Assembly (NCBI GenBank): GCA_039545335.1
Contig: BCIN01000002.1
Coordinates: 819,118 to 883,117, forward strand
Reading direction: 5' to 3'
Source of the DNA: Kondoa subrosea
Taxonomy: Eukaryota
Length of the DNA stretch: 64,000 nucleotides
The translations under genes were made by a program, and so were the position numbers. Below the pieces are notes generated by a model. That model made no database searches. It saw only the letters and a list, made by a program, of their open reading frames with translations, and had not been told where the DNA came from. Below, in pieces: positions 55,301 through 64,000 of the stretch (position 1 is the first letter of the stretch; the number at the start of each line of letters is the position of its first letter).

Positions 55301-58300
55301 CACCAGGATTGACTAGAGCTTGAGTTTGCTCTTGACCAGATAAAGCAGGACTGTCACCAGATAGGCTCTTGAGCAAAATATTTTCCTTCAGACTTGATCG
55401 ATGCAAGAGTCCAAGGTCCGCTAAGGTTTCGGTAGCATTCTCGATCGAGCTTCCTGGGACGGTACCATTGAGGGCTTGCAAAGCTGAAGTGATTACACCT
55501 CGACTGTGAGAGTAAGTGACTTGAGGTATAACTTGCTCCAGAAGTCCGACGAAAGTGCGCAGAACGATAAGTTCTCGGAGCGAGCCATTCGATTTCTCGA
55601 CATCTTCGGTCTCTGTGCACGCCGAATCAGTGAATGAACATGAGAGAAATATTCCTGCTGACCTTTAGGGCTGATCAAGCTCTCAAAGCGGGTAGTTGAT
55701 CCAGTTGAAGGTGAATCCCAAGCGTATTTGGTAGTGTTGAGAATTGATCTTGTTCGAGACAGTAACACAGCTAGTACTGGAACTGGCGTAATTTCACCCA
55801 TTATACGAAACAGAGCAGAAACAGCCAAGGAATGAGGCGAATCATGAAAATGCGCAGGAATGCAAGGTAAAGAGAGGATATCGCAAAGGACTTCGAGACC
55901 AGATCCTTTAGCGAATTCCTTAGCGTGTGTTGCATTTTGTAGGATGCCTTCGAGAAATCGAGCGAAAACGTCGATGTAGCCAAGTACTTTGTTGTCCTTG
56001 TCTCGCTCTTTATCCATCTTGTCTTTGTTTGGAGGGTCAGCCGCACCTTCGTTTGCAGAAGCTGTAGTAATTTCAAGCGGTCCAGGTGGTGCAGTGGACA
56101 TATCGACATCCGTCCGAGCTTCAAGTGCTGGGGCACTGACGGTTGTGCTTGATTTCTTAACTGTAACGAACTTGCCTTTGGCAACACTTGGAGGTTCATA
56201 ATCCTTGCCAAGCTCAATGATTCTTGCCAGAGTAGTATTGACAGCGGTCATGACAGAAGTCTTGAGAGTAGGGTGATGGCGAATGAGTTCATCAATAGCA
56301 GCACCAAACATCGACGCGTTTTCTCGTTCACCAAGTAGATTGGCGTGGCTTTCCAAGGTGAAGAGGTTGAAGAGTTTTGGAATGACTGGAGTCGCATTGA
56401 ACTGATCACGACCGGTATCGTTCAGGCAAAGTGCACCGATGGCATTGGGGATGGCGGCGAAGACATCAAAAGAAGCATCAATGTCTTCCTCCACACTCTT
56501 GTAGAAGACTTCAGGTAAGCCTTGCTCTTGTAGAACCGTCAAACTGGTCGGTTCATTATGAACAAAAGTAGTCATGACGCCCAAAGCAAGAGCGTAGATT
56601 TGGGGACCGAAGATAGTACGGTACTGCATGATAACTTTGATGCTTGCAGGTAAACTTGAGTCAATCAAATTCCTCAGGCCTTCTCCTTGAGTGCCCGAAA
56701 TTGACATTGTTCGAGTAAGGGAACGAAGTAGAGCTTTGAGCAGAGTCGACTCGTTGTAAGCCAAACTCTTCTTGCTGTTCTCCTCTCCAATCGCTTGATC
56801 CACCAAACTCTTGATCCTGTCCACGAAGACCGCAATTCCACCAGCTGCCAGGAATGCATTTGCAGCAGAAGTGTAGCCATAACTGCTGGTATCTAGGAAA
56901 CCAACAGTACGTGTGACTACAGGCGAGTACTCTTGAGTACTAGTCTTGATCAGTTCGACCATTAGAGGGACGATACCGGCACCAACAAGACCGTTACTAC
57001 CAGCAACGTGTGATTGTACAGTTGTAAGAAGCAGGAAAAGAGCGTCTAGATATTCTGTTGAGATCTTGGTCGTGCTTTTGCTTGAAAGATCGGAGACGAG
57101 TTTTCGAACGATGCCCATTAAAATACCGTGATTGACAGAGACATTGATGGCGCTGAAGACTTCTGTGAGACGAGAGCGAGTCTTGCAGAGACCTTCGAGT
57201 GCGTAGAGTGCAGATGCACGAACCGAAAGCGGAATCGCATCTTGTTCTGATGCGCCAGAATGAATTTGGACCAATTCCGCGATCTTGACAATAAGATCTG
57301 GTTCGTAGATGAAAAGTCGACTTGTAAGGCTTGAGTCAGAGGCACCAGGAGCCAGAACTGCCAAGGAGAGAAGACGAATGACGAGCAGCCTTCTTCTATC
57401 GGCCGGTGAACGCAGAGCTTGCGCAATACGAATCTTGTGGAACAAAGCCAAACGATTAGTAGGAGCTATTTGATGTTGTTCTGATACATCAGCGTATATA
57501 TCAGTGGCTGACGAGCGTTCTAATGTAAGTTTGTCGATTTGTACGTTGACCAGACCCTCGAAGGTTTGTTTCGATTGAGCTGGAGCTGAAGTCGTAACGA
57601 CAGAAAGCTTTCCTCTGCTTGATCCTACTGACGGAGTAGCTACTGGGCCCGTTGTAGCGGCCGATGGAGCGCTTTGGTCAATTTGATGATAGTACTGAAA
57701 ATTGACTTGTTGCGCTTCTGGTGGAATAATTGTAGATTCGCGAGCCAAATCAGTCATATGAAGACCATGTTCACGAGCATTCCATGATTGCGATAATTGC
57801 ATTAAGCGATCAGTCGCTGCTGCTTCAGTTTTGCGATAGAGTTGTGCTGGCCGTAGTGCCAGGCGTAGTGTCGCTTCCAGGACATCAAGATCTTGAGTGA
57901 GGTATAAGTCAGCGATGCGCTATCATCTCATACCGTCAGCTGTACTCTTCCCTGATAATCTCAAAGGCGTACATCGTAAGACTGATAGATCTTCTTGTTC
58001 GTAGCGTGCTCGAGCAATAATTTGGTGAAGCTCAAGACAGCGATGACCAGAGACTTGGTCTTTGGAGTGAATTCATTCATTTGAATGTCCCCAGAAGACA
58101 TTTGATAGTCTCGACAGACAGTTTCGAGAATGGCATCGAAGCGATTCAAGACTTTGATCCAATATTGCAAGTCTGTACGTGGCCATGTGTACTCTTTAAT
58201 GGATGTGAGGAGACCGGTGAGTTCGTGGTCTGAAGCTGCTTCTAGCTTTGTAATGAAATTGGACACCTCGGGGTTCTGCCAGTTTGAAACAAGTTGGTGA

Positions 58301-58373
58301 ATGAGCAATCCTGTCAAGCTGAGCGACTCACGGTGGAGTCACCAAGCCCCTTTGGCTGTCGTTTGATGCGCAT
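46327..58373 (-). CDS. TOM1: HECT E3 ubiquitin ligase Tom1/Ptr1/HUWE1
   Basis: N-terminal WPRTDLQYWIKVLNRFDAIL, UBA-like LVDMGFSR, UBM-like IDPEFLEALPDEMREE repeats, EEGVDAGGVTREWY, LLQFVTGSSRVPLEGF, catalytic LPSAHSCFNQ, C-terminal GFGFA*. Confidence 0.96.
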
Positions 58374-58662
58374 GATTCAAGCAGAAAATCAGACGTCCAT
58401 ACGGTATAAGGTCAAGAGAAACAAACTTCGCGCAATTCCTGTCGAAGTCTTATGTCAACTATTCCGTGAGCGAATTTCTTCTGAACTCTCGATAATATGA
58501 TGCAAGATGATATGATAATGACTATTAGTACAAAAGGGGAAAAACAAGTATTATCAATATGAGTAGGAATCAAAGGTTGTACAGGTGAAACATGCTGAAG
58601 AAGATGTTCGGTAGAGCTAGATCATCCCCAAACGGTCTTTCGAATCCCCTGCAAACTTCGTA

Positions 58663-61428
<2,766 letters not shown>

Positions 61429-61642
61429 GTGCAGCAGCAAAAGATCAATGGACCGGGTATCTGTGGTGGTATAAAGTTAAACGAGAGAAGGAAGATGACA
61501 GCAGATGGAAGCAAGGACAGGAGTTTGAATTCGAAGTTCCTCGTGTGCGATTTCAATAACTTACAAATGTCACGTGCTAGCTCTTGATCCTTGGTTTCGG
61601 GAGAACAGCCTCTTTCACTTCGGTAGCTCTCCAGAAACAAAC

Positions 61643-63499
61643 ATGTTAGGCAGATCTACATTGAAACGAGGCCAGGTGCGACCCATGAAAGAATCCGTAG
61701 AGCGCACGCTGAATTCATCAAACAGTCGGCTGTTCTCGCTACTTCGAGGCAGCAACAGCGAAACCTCTCAGTACATGAGTACATAGCCATGGATATGCTA
61801 CGCGTACGCTCCATCCTCATTTGTACTCTCATCTCTCCTGGAAAGCTCACTTCCCGTGTCAACTACAGCGCTACGACGTTCCTACACCTGAATCCAAAGC
61901 TGCCTTCTCAGCAAGTGAAGCAGAAACTGTTGCTCAATCTTTCCCAGATCCAAACTCACTAGTCATCAAAGCTCAAGTCTTAGCAGGTGGAAGAGGTAAA
62001 GGTCATTTTGATGGACCAAATGGTTTGCAAGGAGGTGTACAAATGGTTGATAGCCCTTCAAGTGCCAAGAGCTTCGCGGAACAAATGTTGGGAAAGAAAT
62101 TAATCACTAAACAAACTGGAGCTGCTGGAAGGATATGCAATGCTGTTCGTTGCGGATCTTACTGTTCAGCTTCAAAGTTGATTCGTAGAGCTTTGCATCG
62201 GACAGGTCATGCTAGCTGCTAGAAGGCAACCAAAGAAGGAATACTATGCAGCCATTCTCAACGACCGATCAATGAACGGACCAGCTCTAGTTTCTTCTTC
62301 TCGAGGCGGTATGAACATCGAAGATGTAGCCAGAGATGAGCCAGATCAAATCATTACTACCCCAATCGATTTCCACAAAGGTCTTTCATCAGATCAAGCT
62401 CTAGGTGTTGCCAAACAATTGGGATTCGAAACCGCTTCCACTCAAAAACAAGCTGCCGATATCTTCCAGAAACTGTACAATCTATTCAAGGAGAAAGATG
62501 CGACTCAGATTGAAATCAACCCTTTGGCAGAGACTGAAGATGGTGAAGTACTTTGGTGCGTCCTATATCCCATTCCCTAAGATATTGGCATTGTCAACTC
62601 ATGGCGATTCCTTGTTAGCATGGATGCCAAACTTGGTTTTGACGAGAACGCTGCTTTCCGTCAACAAGAAATCTTCCAAAACTTGCGAGACAAAACTCAA
62701 GAAGACGCAGCCGAGGTCAGTTCTAGACGCTCTACCTATCTCAAGAAAGGGTTTTAAGCTTCTGACGATTGACAGGTCGAAGCTGCCGAACATGATCTGA
62801 ACTTTATCAAGCTCGACGGAGATATCGGTTGCCTCGTCAATGGTGCAGGATTAGCTATGGCTACTATGGATGTTCTCAAACTACATGGTGGTTCACCTGC
62901 AAACTTCTTGGATATCGGAGGTCAGGTGGTTGACACCGCTTTTCAGACTCAAAATCTGATGCGTGGGTACTATCCTGACAGGAGGAGCAACTCCCCAGAC
63001 TGTCAAGAAGGCTTTCGAGATCTTGCTCAAGGATCCAAAGACCAAATCTATCTTCGTTAACGTTCGTCAGGGTTGACCTATGTAGCGTGTCATTCGCTTA
63101 CTGGTATTCCTCCGTGATGAACAGATCTTCGGCGGAATTATGCGATGCGATTATGTAGCAGAGTGAGTCTTTCGCACTTGACGATTGTATCAGTCTGAAC
63201 ATGCTGCTTCAGGGGTATCATTGCTGCTACAAAAGCTCTAGATATGAAAATTCCTTTGATCGTTCGTCTGCAAGGCACGAAAGTGGAAGAGGGAAAGAAG
63301 TGCGTATTGACATAATTCGTAGCATGTCAATGCTTACGTTTAGATGGATACCACAGATTGATCAATGATTCGGGCATGAAGATCTTTGCGTAAGTGTCGC
63401 GCAGCGCAGCATGTTGCATTGCTTATGTTTGGCCGCGACATTCACAGTTACGATGGATTAGATGAGGCTGCTGAAGCTGCTGTGACAAGAGCTGCTTAG
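61643..63499 (+). CDS. LSC2: Mitochondrial succinyl-CoA ligase beta subunit
   Basis: [94 protein letters not shown]. Confidence 0.97.
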
Positions 63500-63715
63500 G
63501 GAATATGTTTTAGATATGGTTGTATGGGTCTTTTGCAAAAAATCGTCGACATGGCCAAATCACGTTCGTCAGCAGTGATTACTATAGAAATCGCTTTGAA
63601 TGTGCATGGTATTAGTACCTCTGATATTACCTGCTAAATGCTATACAACAATAACCACCTTACATTGAAACCCAAAATAAACGAATGTCCACTGTCCCTC
63701 CTTCTGCGAGCATCA

Positions 63716-64000
63716 TTATTTCCCTTTCTCACCTTCTGCCTCGTTCGCAGCAAAGGCTTCATACAGAACAAACGCCTCTGCATCCTTTTCAGCTCTACTA
63801 GTATCCCTTGGTGCCGCGCCAGGAGGCAACAATCCTGGACTTCTCATAGGTTCATTCGTAGTATCTCCCATTTCAGATGGTGTCCGAGGAATAGTAGAAG
63901 AAGCTCTTCTTAGTGGAAACTCTTCTTCGAATTTGATTTTTGCTTTCGAAACGCCGAACCCTATTCCTGATGAAGAGCGCGAGCGTGTTTGAATAGGATC
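63716..64000 (-). CDS. 3' end of a gene extending beyond the window, product unknown
   Basis: Open frame from the window edge, DPIQTRSRSSSGIGFG...AEGEKGK*, with TAA at 63716-63718. Confidence 0.55.
   Translation of the reverse strand, partial: DPIQTRSRSSSGIGFGVSKAKIKFEEEFPLRRASSTIPRTPSEMGDTTNEPMRSPGLLPPGAAPRDTSRAEKDAEAFVLYEAFAANEAEGEKGK

Overview
Gene-dense, intron-rich fungal genomic DNA. Short ~45-65 nt introns, ctgac/ctaac branch points and many micro-exons suggest a basidiomycete, probably Pucciniomycotina-like (inference). About 22 multi-exon loci were reconstructed by eye, so exon boundaries are approximate. Conserved genes: prolyl-tRNA synthetase, an Mtr-like amino-acid permease, calcineurin A, an NPR/HAL kinase, mL44, an NCS1 permease, CTF4, SRP19/SEC65, a PKA catalytic subunit, uL14m, TOM1/HUWE1, a GCK-III kinase and succinyl-CoA ligase beta. 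Between them sit lineage-specific genes. Highlights: (1) a decayed F-box/LRR-like gene carrying an internal copy of the histone H3 N-terminal tail (about residues 1-37) that its paralog in this window lacks; (2) an Apd1/Aim32-type 2Cys-2His ferredoxin fused to an adrenodoxin-type 4Cys ferredoxin; (3) a bacterial YaaI-like isochorismatase with about 9 introns and a presequence-like leader; (4) a WRKY/MULE-type zinc-finger plus SAM-like protein; (5) a large protein with a degenerate chromodomain, a coiled coil and a C2H2-like finger. No rRNA, tRNA, CRISPR array or intact transposon was seen.
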